DNA from: Azolla caroliniana
Lineage: Eukaryota > Plantae > Polypodiophyta
DNA: 64,000 nt
NCBI GenBank assembly: GCA_043228905.1
Contig: JBHGNT010000116.1
Coordinates: 14,315-78,314, forward strand
Direction of reading: 5' to 3'
Shown here: positions 26,613 to 37,160 of the stretch, piece after piece
Layout: every line of letters starts with the position of its first letter
How positions within the stretch are numbered: the first letter of the stretch is position 1
The notes under the pieces: model-generated
Told to the model about the DNA's origin: nothing
Databases searched by the model: none
What the model saw: the letters and a program-made list of their open reading frames with translations, nothing else
Made by a program: the position numbers and the translations under genes

Positions 26613-26624
26613 TTGAACCAATTT
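26613..26624 (+). promoter_or_regulatory. Self-priming PBS
   Basis: TTGAACCAATTT does not begin with TGG as tRNA PBSs do; it is the exact reverse complement of AAATTGGTTCAA at 26403-26414 in the LTR. Confidence 0.8.
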
Positions 26625-26678
26625 TTCCTCTAGCCTACTTGTCACTCTCCCTCATCCTCCTACCCTTTTCCCTATACT

Positions 26679-27836
26679 ATGGCTACTGTTAGCGCCCAAG
26701 AATACCAATCCGTTTTCTCCGAGCTACAGTGCCTAAAAGAAAAGTTTGTGGCCCTGGAACAAGAAAACCAACGGCTGATAGGGGATCTGCAACAAATCGC
26801 TCTCGAAAAACAACAAACGCAACAACAACATGGGGAGTTAGCGTTACGGGTACAACAACTCGAAGCAGCGTTGCAACAACAAGGATCCAGTCCCCAAGGA
26901 TTTCATAAAGAGCCCAAGATTGGACTTCCTGTGAAATTTGATGGAACGCGTTCGCAATTCCGGGGATTCCTTAATCAGGTACGCTTAGTCATCCAGATGC
27001 ATCCTTCCCGATATCCCACTGATGCATCTCGAGTCGGCCTAATAGGCACGCTACTTAGCGGCTCAGCCTTGGCATGGTTCGCTCCGCTTCTAGAAAAACA
27101 ATCCCCCTTGCTTAATAACTTTGAAGATTTTATTGGTGAGTTTAAAGCCTGCTTTGGAGACACCGACAGCATCAGGACGGCGATCAACAAGATCCGGCGA
27201 TTGCGTCAAGGCGATCGTCCAGCCTCTGCTTACGCGGCGGATTTCCGCCTACTTGCTTCAGATATACCCTGGGATGATCAAGCACTAATGGAGCAGTTTC
27301 GCTATGGCTTGCGAAACGATGTCAAAGATCTACTTCTCACTTTCCCCGAAGAACCAAAGTCTCTTACGGAGGCAATCAGTCGAGCAGTTCGATGTGACAA
27401 CCGCCTGTTCGAACGGCGTTCAGAACGTCAATTACAGATACCACGCTCTAGACCAGAGCCCACTTACGCCGCAGTCGCGGCTAAACCATTTGCACGAGAC
27501 ATACCTCAAGCAAATACTTCGACACCGATGGAGATCGATACCATGCGTCGACGCGGCCCGTTATCGGAAGAAGAAAAGCAACGACGACGTGCCAATCGAT
27601 TATGTCTTTATTGCGGTGGACCAGGACATATCGCCATCAATTGTCCCCATAGGCCAAGAAGACAGGTAAATCAAATCGTCGCCTGTACTAAACCCGAGTC
27701 AATTCTTCCCTTCGGAGTGTCTGATAGTATTAATAGTACTAATAGAGTGTCAGATAGTATTCATAGTACTAATAGCCCAAGTATCTCAAATAAATTTGAA
27801 ATCCTTAGTCAATTAGATGAAGAGTTAAACGATTGA
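26679..27836 (+). CDS. gag: Chromovirus Gag (coiled coil, capsid, CCHC knuckle)
   Basis: 385-aa ORF: P.KFDG...FL, LRQG..PAS.Y..DF, PMEID, LCLYCGGPGHIAINC. Confidence 0.95.
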   Translation: MATVSAQEYQSVFSELQCLKEKFVALEQENQRLIGDLQQIALEKQQTQQQHGELALRVQQLEAALQQQGSSPQGFHKEPKIGLPVKFDGTRSQFRGFLNQVRLVIQMHPSRYPTDASRVGLIGTLLSGSALAWFAPLLEKQSPLLNNFEDFIGEFKACFGDTDSIRTAINKIRRLRQGDRPASAYAADFRLLASDIPWDDQALMEQFRYGLRNDVKDLLLTFPEEPKSLTEAISRAVRCDNRLFERRSERQLQIPRSRPEPTYAAVAAKPFARDIPQANTSTPMEIDTMRRRGPLSEEEKQRRRANRLCLYCGGPGHIAINCPHRPRRQVNQIVACTKPESILPFGVSDSINSTNRVSDSIHSTNSPSISNKFEILSQLDEELND

Positions 27837-30800
27837 GTCCAGCCAAAATAGGAGCCATTTGGTTGGACAGCAGCCCTAGATCTGTACAGCCCATTAGTGG
27901 TTCCATTCCTTCCAAGCAAGTTAGCAATGTGTTCCTAGCCCAAGTCATTGTTAGTACTAAAAGTACTCCCCCAGTACCCGTCCTAGCACTTTTAGATTCC
28001 GGAGCTAATTCCTGTTTCATGGATCGAAATTTTGCCCAAGCTTCTCAGATATCCTTAAGAAAACTTCCTTGTCCCGCATCTGTAGTGGTCATTGATGGTC
28101 GTCCCATTGCTTCCGGGAATATTGTAGAAGAATCAGAACCCATTCAAGTTGTCCTAGGTAGTTTTGTGTGTATAATATCATTTAATATAATTAGTAGTCC
28201 AGAGCATCCCATTGTCCTAGGATTACCTTGGCTTGAATTACATAATCCAGCCATAGATTGGAGAACAAGAGAAGTCCGATATCGACCACCCCAAGAATCA
28301 ACTCACCGAGTTTCGACCATTTCACTCCATCAACTACGTGAAGAAGGACCCAAGGAGGCAATGTTCCTATTTGCCATATCAGTACATCCTTCCAGCACTA
28401 TTAAGAAGGACTCCTCAGTACAACTTCCGGCAAAATATCATCCTTATGCCGATGTATTTGACAAGGTAAAAGCCGGTACCCTTCCTCATCACCGTCCCTA
28501 TGACTGTCCCATTGATTTACAACCAGGAACCGAGCCACCATGGGGACCAATTTACAACTTGTCACCCACCGAGTTAGAAGTCCTTCGAGCCTACATAGAG
28601 GAGAACTTGGCAAGCGGGTTCATCCGTCATTCGAAATCTCCGGCCGGTGCACCCATCTTCTTTGTCAAGAAGAAAGATGGCTCACTTCGTCTTGTCGTTG
28701 ATTACCGCGGATTGAATAAAGTCACCATCCGGAATAGGTATGCACTTCCTCTTATATCAAGTCTTTTAGAGCGAGTTAATGGTGCCAAGTTTTTTACTAA
28801 AATCGACCTACGAGGAGCGTATAATCTCGTGCGGATCCGACCGGGAGATGAGTGGAAGACCGCTTTTCGCACGCGGTATGGGCATTTCGAGTATACTGTT
28901 ATGCCGTTTGGCCTAACCAATGCACCCGCAGTCTTCCAACACATGGCAAATGATATATTCAGAGACCTCTTAGATATCTGTTTGATCATTTATCTGGATG
29001 ATCTGTTGATTTATTCGAAGACCCAGGAAGAGCACGATTCTCATGTACTATTAGTACTAAAGCGACTCCGCGAGAATGGTCTTTATGCCAAGCTAGAAAA
29101 ATGTAGCTTTGACTGCAAGCAAGTGGAATTTCTAGGCTACGTCATCTCCTCAAAGGGCATCGCCATGGATCCAGCTAAAGTCCAAACTATACTAGAGTGG
29201 CAAATTCCACGGTCGGTACGAGATGTACAATGTTTTCTAGGTTTTGCTAACTTCTACCGTAAGTTTATACAGGATTACTCGAAGATTATCTTACCCCTCA
29301 CACAACTTACGAAGAAGGGCCAAGCATTTCTTTGGTCCATTGAAGCAGATATGGCTTTTCGGCATCTTAAGAAAGCCTTTACATCAGCACCGATTCTAGC
29401 TCATGTGGATACTAGCAAACCATTCATCATGGAGGCCGATGCTTCAGATTTCGCCCTCGGTAGCATCCTTTCTCAACAAGGAGATAAAGAAGAGTTGCAT
29501 CCGGTGGCTTTCCATTCGCGCAAATTCGATGTTGCGGAAATCAACTACGAAATACATGACAAGGAGTTATTAGCCATCGTGGATTCATTTGTGCAATGGC
29601 GGCATTTCTTAGAGGGCTCTCCACATCAGGTCGTTGTCTTTAGTGATCATAAAAATCTTGCTTATTTCCAGAACGCTCGCGTACTAAATCGACGGCAAGC
29701 TCGGTGGGCGCAATTCCTCACGCGTTTCGACTTCAAAATCACATATCGACCGGGGAAGCAGCAAGGAAAAGCAGATGCACTGTCACGGCGTTCATATCTT
29801 GCACCTCGTCCTGGTGATCCAACATTTGATAATCAAAAGCAAGTAATCTTGGGACCAGCACGATTGCACACGACGCGGATTTTTCACACCCCGATGGATT
29901 CACGGATTACCGACGACATACGTGCAAACTTGAAGACGGATAGTTTTGCTCAAAACATCTTGGCACACATTGATACTTCTCGGGCATCCTGTTCTCAGTC
30001 TCAACAACCAGGTATTGACTACCGACAATTCGAATATCATGATGGTTTGTTATTCTTTAAAAAGCGCGTATATGTCCCCGATTGCTCCTGTCGCCTTCAC
30101 ATCGTCCAGCATTGTCACGACACCCATACGGCGGGACATTTCGGTAGTACTAAGACGTTGGAGCTAGTGCAACGATCTTTTTGGTGGCCCCACATGCGTC
30201 GTTTTATCGATGACTACGTTCGGACCTGTGATGCTTGCTGCCGAGCAAAGATGCCACGACACCATCCATATGGCTTGTTGGAACCCTTACCGATTCCAAG
30301 TAAGCCGTGGCAATCTATTTGTCTTGATTTTATCACAGATTTGCCGGTCTCGCAGGGGTTCGATGCTATCTTAACCGTCGTTGATCGATATACGAAGATG
30401 GCACATTTTGTTCCATGTACTAAGGCCATCACTAGCGAGGAAACCGCCGTCCTAGTCATGCGTGAGGTATTTCGGCATCATGGCCTCCCAGACAGTATCA
30501 TTAGTGACCGGGGACTGCAATTTGTCTCCAAATTTTGGCAGCATCTCTTCAAGATGCTCAAGGTCTCTTGCAACCTCTCCTCCGGCTACCATCCTCAGAC
30601 CGATGGGCAGGCAGAACGAACAAACCAAACGTTGGAGCAATATCTCCGGTGTTTCCTGAGTTATCAACAAGACGATTGGGCCGAGATTCTCCACTTTGCG
30701 GAGTTTGCGTATAATAATGCTGTTCACTCCTCGACTCGAGTCTCCCCATTCTACGTGTATACCGGTTCTCATCCTCGCTGGTCGGTGATCGACACCCCGG

Positions 30801-31405
30801 AGCTACCTACCAATCCTCGTGTCGGGGATCATTTGGAGAGACTACGCAAGATCCAGACAGATCTCTCGACTCATCTTCGTCATGCTCAACAGACACAGAA
30901 GATTTACGCGGATCGTCATCGGCTTCCCTCCTCTTTTGCGATCGGAGATCGAGTATGGCTCTTACGTCGTCACATCAAGACTACTCGACCATGCGACAAG
31001 TTGGATTATCGACGACTCGGTCCTTTCCTTATTACGGGTAAAGTTAATGATGTCACCTTCCGCCTTGATCTCCCTCCGCCGCTTCAGCTACATCCGGTTT
31101 TCCATTGTTCCCTTCTTGAACCTTATAAAGCAAACACCATTCCCAATCGTGTTACACCACCGCCGCCCCCGCTGGAGTTGGACACCGGCCCGGAGTATGA
31201 AGTTGCTGCCATCCTCGATTCCAAACTTCTTCGCAACAAACTTTATTATTTGGTCGATTGGGTTGGTTATAGTCCGAGCGAACGCACTTGGGAACCTGTC
31301 GAGCATGTTGCCAATGCTCAGGATTTGCTTGCTGATTTCCACCGAAAGTATCCGGACAAACCCGGTCCGCAATCAGCGCCGACTCGTTCCACTCGTCGTC
31401 TTTAA
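27833..31405 (+). CDS. pol: Chromovirus Pol (PR, RT, RNase H, INT, chromodomain), probably expressed by -1 frameshift
   Basis: 1190-aa uninterrupted ORF: LLDSGA, YLDD, EADAS/DKELLA/SDH/ADALSR, HHCC, DDE, GPF, and YEVAAILDSK...YYLVDWVGY...TWEP chromodomain. Confidence 0.97.
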   Translation: MSPAKIGAIWLDSSPRSVQPISGSIPSKQVSNVFLAQVIVSTKSTPPVPVLALLDSGANSCFMDRNFAQASQISLRKLPCPASVVVIDGRPIASGNIVEESEPIQVVLGSFVCIISFNIISSPEHPIVLGLPWLELHNPAIDWRTREVRYRPPQESTHRVSTISLHQLREEGPKEAMFLFAISVHPSSTIKKDSSVQLPAKYHPYADVFDKVKAGTLPHHRPYDCPIDLQPGTEPPWGPIYNLSPTELEVLRAYIEENLASGFIRHSKSPAGAPIFFVKKKDGSLRLVVDYRGLNKVTIRNRYALPLISSLLERVNGAKFFTKIDLRGAYNLVRIRPGDEWKTAFRTRYGHFEYTVMPFGLTNAPAVFQHMANDIFRDLLDICLIIYLDDLLIYSKTQEEHDSHVLLVLKRLRENGLYAKLEKCSFDCKQVEFLGYVISSKGIAMDPAKVQTILEWQIPRSVRDVQCFLGFANFYRKFIQDYSKIILPLTQLTKKGQAFLWSIEADMAFRHLKKAFTSAPILAHVDTSKPFIMEADASDFALGSILSQQGDKEELHPVAFHSRKFDVAEINYEIHDKELLAIVDSFVQWRHFLEGSPHQVVVFSDHKNLAYFQNARVLNRRQARWAQFLTRFDFKITYRPGKQQGKADALSRRSYLAPRPGDPTFDNQKQVILGPARLHTTRIFHTPMDSRITDDIRANLKTDSFAQNILAHIDTSRASCSQSQQPGIDYRQFEYHDGLLFFKKRVYVPDCSCRLHIVQHCHDTHTAGHFGSTKTLELVQRSFWWPHMRRFIDDYVRTCDACCRAKMPRHHPYGLLEPLPIPSKPWQSICLDFITDLPVSQGFDAILTVVDRYTKMAHFVPCTKAITSEETAVLVMREVFRHHGLPDSIISDRGLQFVSKFWQHLFKMLKVSCNLSSGYHPQTDGQAERTNQTLEQYLRCFLSYQQDDWAEILHFAEFAYNNAVHSSTRVSPFYVYTGSHPRWSVIDTPELPTNPRVGDHLERLRKIQTDLSTHLRHAQQTQKIYADRHRLPSSFAIGDRVWLLRRHIKTTRPCDKLDYRRLGPFLITGKVNDVTFRLDLPPPLQLHPVFHCSLLEPYKANTIPNRVTPPPPPLELDTGPEYEVAAILDSKLLRNKLYYLVDWVGYSPSERTWEPVEHVANAQDLLADFHRKYPDKPGPQSAPTRSTRRL

Positions 31406-31930
31406 GGGGGAGATAGTGTCATGAGATGGCAAGACTCGAACCCATGACCTTATGGTATATGGGCCGAGCTCTTAACCATCTCACCATCTATTGTAATTCA
31501 TAGAATATTATTTTCATTTATGTTTTATTATAAGAAAGTAATGTATATTCCAGATTTCTCTGGAACATTCTAGAAGCTTCAGGATTATTCCTGAGAACAC
31601 TATAAAAGAAGGCACTAAGCATTATGTTGAACCAAATTGGTTCAACACCAGTCTTAAGCCTCTTAGACGATTTGTACTTATCTTTCATATAATATAAGAG
31701 CTGCTGTCATCATCCTATCTCTCTCTCTCCTCTTCTCATTTTCTCTCTCTCGGGAATCTTACGCAGTCCCGTCCTCTTAGTACTAATAGTACTACTCTTC
31801 TTAGTACTAATTCCATCTCTGCTTTAGTACTATTCCTGACAATATCCTAGTATACATGTGCACATGTTGCACACCATTGACTTGCCCTTTACACCCCGGT
31901 TTCCGCCTATGGACGAAAATCTTCACGACA

Positions 31931-32128
31931 TCGTACTTCTGTCAGCCCGTATGGACTTGTATAAAAGTGTTCGCTGAACACATACTATGTACAGAGTGTT
32001 GATATAGTTTTTTGAATAGTGATTCTCTCTCTGCTCTCTTTGTCTCTCCCGCGTACTGTTAAGCTCTCCATTAAACCTGTTCTCTGTTTTCTGTTTTCTA
32101 TTGCTTAAGCACGATATTTGTTTTTACA
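31931..32128 (+). repeat. Copia 3' LTR, right segment
   Basis: Begins with TSD variant TCGT; contains TATAAAA and a CT-rich tract; ends ...TACA. The end is inferred because the 5' LTR lies outside the window. Confidence 0.65.
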
Positions 32129-33059
32129 TAGCACAAGAACAACGGAAACAAACTATAAATTAACAGAGAAACCCAGAATATTACAACCGGTCGCGGTCGG
32201 CAAAAGAGCTTCGAACTCCACGCGCACACACAGAGATGATGGCGGGCCTCCGATCGAGCGTACACAAGCTACTAGCGTGAAATGGAGGCCTCGCAGCACG
32301 ACAACGACAACAAAAACAGAACACAGAGAAGCAGGAGTCTATAGAGCTCGGTCTGTCGGCAATTCGTTTCCCCTCAATCCGATCCGCAATTAGTTTAATC
32401 ATGATTATTGCCATTGATTTATTAGATAGAGGAAGAGACAAAACTTTGCTTTATAGAATCTCATTACTATCTCTTATAATTATTAATAAGCATGACTCTT
32501 CTTTTGTACAATTGGACCATTAAGTCTTGTACAGTGTTTACTAAAAGTATTCAAGTTAGCACTTTTATTAACATATCCAGATTATTTCTCTTCTTCTTTT
32601 TTTCTTCAAAGATTTTCCTCATTAGTATTAAGAAAAACATGTGATTGCTACAACTTTAGCTTATGTGGCCAAAAGCTTACAATTTTCATGTACAATGATA
32701 TACGATAATCCTAAGACCAAAGCTAGAACTTTGTAAAAGGTTTTAAAAAAAAGAAATTGCATTCTTCTGTTGTGCTTCACTGTTAATCAAGAAAGGGTCC
32801 AAGGAAGTTGATAGTTCCATTGAGACCCTTGAATTGACTCAGAGAATAGGGGTAACTTTTTCCATAAGTGAAGGAGCTTCTTCTTTCTCTTGTTCACAGT
32901 CTCTGGTGAACCCTGCATGTTGTCATACTAGCCGCAGACTACTGCCACCAAGTTCTCCCATATCTCACACAAGACATCTGAGAGACACTAATATGTCGCA
33001 TCATAACGTCGGTTGCATCGACATTTCCATAATGCCCATAACGTTATTGTAGTCACTGT

Positions 33060-34335
33060 TTTCCATATCTGGGCAAATCACACCTGCTTTCGAGGTTGTT
33101 GAAAGGGGCTGACCAATATCAATCTTCTATTATGTACCATCATTGCCTCTTGAACATCATTTGCCTCATACAACATCAAACTGGAATGTAACACTCCCCA
33201 CATTGTTGATCCCCATGAAAATAAGCAACCAACATTTATTGTTAAAAATAACGAAAGAACATTATTTCATACTTGTTGAGCCAAGGAAGATAACCAAAGG
33301 GTATGCTTGGTAGTCTCTTGCACTTTATGGCAAAAGTCACATTGTCAAAGATTAGGTGTTACATTCCCTTTTAATGAGTGGCCAACTGGTAAGGCCATAT
33401 GCACTAATAGCCATTTGAAGAGAATAAATTTAGTTGGCCCCTTGAATGACCAAATCCATTTCCAGTAGGTTTTCAAATGCAAAGTTGAGACCCCCCAAGT
33501 GATCCAATGTTTCTGAGTTGCTGGTATCCTTGCATTCCGAGAAAGCAATAGTGCTCTTCCAGGTTTTACTTAGTATTGAAAGAAAGGAACCTTTATGATC
33601 TGTTCCCCCGAGGAATGTGACCAAAACCAGCCCCCCGAATCCCATGTTAATCTTGCAACCGGGTCTTTTGCATATAACCACAACATATCACACGTATGAG
33701 CAATTGAACGATAAGGATCGAGCATCCATTTCTTTCCAAGTTTAGCAACGACTCTAACTGGTGCACTTCGCAAGTGTTGTAGATAACTACACTCTAAGGT
33801 GTAAGGTTGTAATGTATGATTGTCTAGGACCTTAAAGTAAGAAGCGTGCCCGTTAGGTGAAACTGCCTTGACAGCCACCAATGTGTCATTTATGAAGCAT
33901 CCAAACCACATATGTTCCTTCATGGGTTGAAAGGTTGTAGAAAACGAAGAATATGTTGATGATATACTAGCGGTCATTATCTTGGCACCATGAACTGATT
34001 GTAATTGTGCAAGACGATCTTCTTGTGACATTTGCTGAAAATGATTCCACGTTCTTACAGATGCAACAGGCCCATTATCCAATTTTTTCCCATGCAAGGT
34101 GAGTTCTTAGGCCCAACACTTTTCCTACATTATCCCGAAATAAAGAATTGGCAATAAGAGGTTGATTAAGTTGCGCATCCCACGTAGAAGGCTTGTCCTT
34201 AACCAAGAATGACTTAATCACATCCCATGCCCTTATGATTCCTAGCAAAAATCTATTGGATGCAAGATCCCACCTTGGTGTCTATACATCGTTCAGGAAT
34301 AACCATTTTAAAGAGGGTGACCAAACACCGCCCGT
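33060..34335 (-). pseudogene. LINE ORF2 C-terminal region
   Basis: Fragmented frames including ...PTKFILFKWLLVHMALPVG..., resembling the zf-RVT region; continuous with 53150 across TSD CCGT. Confidence 0.7.
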
Positions 34336-35019
34336 TGTCGCGTCGTTACGCGTGTATGTGTAAAAAGGGGCGGGACCACGGGGGTCTTGGACTGAGGAGC
34401 GAGAGAGAGAGAGACAGAGAGAGAGATTCACCGACACGTAGAAGCGCGAAAAAGAGAAACAAAACGTAACACTTAATTATAATGACAAAGATTACAAACT
34501 CCGACAGTTACAACCGACAAAGCGGCGACGGGCCTGACACGGGGACCCTACTCACGCACACCGACGACAGTCACCGACTCAAAGAAACAAAAGGGGAAGG
34601 GGGCGACTCTGCTGGAAGCACACGGGTTGTCCACGAAGCAGAGGCAGCGACCTCCCGACACCCGCAGAGAGCGACGATTCGAGTCGAAGAGAGAGAGCTC
34701 CGCCTTCCGTTCTGCAGCAACGCTCCTCCCATCCTCGCGCACGATATTCCGTTTTCTCTTGTCCTCTTCCCTTTTATTCCCTGTCCCCCCCTGACCGGGA
34801 TATGCATAATCCCCTCTAATAAATGTGTGCGGCTTAGTAGTTACATCCACCGGTTCGCGTGCAAAGTATCCAGTCACGCGTTCATCCGTGTAAGGGCCGG
34901 TTTACGCGCTTTCTCTCCAATTCCGCCTATGGCCGGTTTTCTTCACGACATCCACCCCCACCAAACCGCGCATCCACCAGCATGCGCCAGAGACGGGTAG
35001 ATACCGAAGAAAATCGGCC

Positions 35020-37014
35020 TCACTCGTTGCTCTCCGATTCTCCGCCGGACCCGAACTGATCGTCGTTGTCGCTCCGGCTCGCAGGCTCCGGCTCGTCTTC
35101 GAACCGCTTTTTGAAAGCTTTGACCCGCTTTCCGGCCACCGGCACCGCTAATCGAGTCCCGTCGAGTTCCGCGAGGTGGTACGTGCCGTTATCGTTCGCG
35201 CTCGTCACCATGTAGGGCCCGAACCATCTCCTAGCAAACTTTCACACCGCCTTGTGCTGATTGTCGAGGTTGATGTCGTATACCAAGACCCAGTCGCCTT
35301 CCTCGATCTTCTTTGGTCGCAACCGGTGCGTCTGGTTGAACCGGGTCTTGTTCAGCTCCCTTGCCGTTCGCAGCCTTTCCTTCGCCTGTATCACGTCCTC
35401 CGGCCTCCGCTTGAGTTGCCGAATCCGCGCCGCCAGCAACTCCTCCCGGCTCATTTCGTCCTTCCAATCTATCGCCGCCCACGAAGAAACCGTCCGTTCC
35501 ACCGGCATGATCGCCTTTTGTCTGTACATTAGCTCCGCCAGCATAAACCCAGTCACCGAACTGTGCGTAGTCCGGTCCGCCCATAGCGCGTAAGGAAGGA
35601 GTCGCGGCCAATTCCCGACCTGCCCACCGCATGCACGCACCAACGCCTTTACAATCGGTCTGTGCCCACGTTCCACCTTTCCGTTCGCCTCCGGATTGTA
35701 CGCCGTGGTGAGGGAGAGTTTGACGCCTAGCCGGTCGAACAGCTCCTCGGCCTCCCGCGCATCCAGCTCTCCCCAGTCCGCCACGATCCTCCCGACACAC
35801 CCGTACCGACACACTACTTCGATCAGGAACCGGCATACCGCCGCGGTTGTCTTGCTTTGCAGTGCACGACCTTCCACCTGGTTCGTTAAGTCTTCCCGTG
35901 TGAGCACCAGGTATCGCATTTGTCCTACCCCCATCGGCATCATCACCAAGTCCACCATCCACTTGAAATGGACCGTGGGCGGGTAGGTCGGGTGCAGCTC
36001 GTCCCGGTGTCGGACTACGGAGTGCACCTGACAGCTTTCGCAAGTCATTACGAACTGATGCACGTCCTGGTATAGCCCCGACCACCAGTACTTCTCCTTC
36101 AGCTTCTCGAACATGGCCCACGTTCTGCAGTGTCCGGCCCATGGGCTCTCGTGGAATGCCGCCAATAGTTTCCCCTGTTCTTCTTTCTTTTCCACTACTC
36201 GGAGTGGGATGCCGCTTCTCTTCTTTGGGTGCTTCCATATGCACCCGTCCCGCAGGAAGAATCGGTACGCCTTCCTCCGTATCCGGCTCGCCTCCTCTCT
36301 CGCCCATGCTGCATCCGGCGTCATCGTCCGTAGGAACCTCCCGATTTGGAGCCACTCCCCGTCGTACCTGCTTTCGTCAAATTCGTTAAGCGCCGGAGTG
36401 TTCCCTTTCCTTCTTGTCGTTACGTTAGCCGACCCGAAGAAGTCCTCACCGACTTCTTCGTCTTCTGAAACCATGTCGTCTTCGTCGTTGAACCTTGCCC
36501 TTGAAAGCATGTCGGCCATGGCATTGTCCTTTCCGGAGATGTGTTGTATCTCCGGGTTCAGGGACTTAACAAACGCTATCCACTGGAGCATTGCTAGGTC
36601 CGGCGTCGCGCATCCAGAAACCATGCAGAGTATCGGCAGGCAGTCCATCTCGATAATCACCTCCGTCCCGATCAGATAATCCTTGTCGGCCTTGACTGCC
36701 GAAACGACACCCCAAAGTTCGCGCTTAACTTGGGTGTACCCTCGCTGCCGCTCGCTCAACACCTTCACCCCGAATCGGATCGGAAATTGTACACCGCCCT
36801 TGTCCTCCTGACTGATTACCCACCCGATCCCGGTCGGGTTGGTGTCCACCGTTACGCAGATGGGAACATCCTTGCCATAAACCGCTTTACGGAGAGCCGG
36901 CGCTGCCGTAAGCGCCTCCTTTAGTCTCCGAACCGACTCTGTGTGCTCCATCCTCCACTCAAAGCTACGCTCCTTTTTCAATAGTCCGTAGAGAGGTTCC
37001 GCGACATGTGCGTA
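35020..37014 (-). pseudogene. Element F pol remnant (RT end, RNase H, integrase)
   Basis: ORFs 35242-36981 and 35020-35211; homology stops abruptly upstream of YAHVAEPLYGLL. Confidence 0.9.
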
Positions 37015-37160
37015 GCAGGCCTTCCGGAGGGAGGCATACTCACAATCGACAATCCAACCCCGGAGGCATACTCACTAGCCAGCAAGGGCTACCGGACACA
37101 GGGCGGCGGAGATATGTTGTTCCATGAGATTGCTTGTGTGCTCCACGAATACGGCCACGT

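Larger units (their letters stand above)
26186..31841 (+). mobile_element. Intact Ty3/Gypsy chromovirus, Tcn1/Tf1-sushi-like
   Basis: 425-bp LTRs at 26186-26610 and 31417-31841 with no differences seen by eye; 5-bp TSD ATATC; PPT AAGGGGGAGATAG at 31404-31416; open gag and pol. Confidence 0.97.
2948..31930 (-). mobile_element. Element A: non-autonomous Gypsy-group LTR element (no recognisable capsid or pol)
   Basis: 3' LTR 2948-3476 and split 5' LTR 25757-26185 plus 31847-31930. PPT (TCCGCCCCCACCA on +) at 3477-3489, PBS at 5824-5841, TSD CCGT/TCGT. The internal region (3477-5845) has no pol motifs. Confidence 0.85.
25757..31930 (-). repeat. Element A 5' LTR, split by the chromovirus (25757-26185 plus 31847-31930)
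   Basis: Matches 2964-3476. The first 16 nt are absent here and merge with the B LTR start at 5846. Confidence 0.88.
1..32128 (+). mobile_element. Ty1/Copia LTR retrotransposon, 3' part (cut by the window edge); 3' LTR split by a ~29-kb Gypsy nest
   Basis: Copia domain order: integrase C-terminus, RT (KARLVAKGY, LYVDDL), RNase H (RTKHIEVHYHFV). PPT GAGGGGGAG at 2751-2759 is followed by LTR start TGTTG at 2760. The LTR resumes at 31931 and probably ends ...TTTTTACA at 32128. Confidence 0.85.

Noticed and set aside
32129-32573. Segment between the Copia LTR and the LINE TSD as a gene or element end
   Set aside because: No recognisable motif, terminal repeat or convincing ORF; left unannotated.
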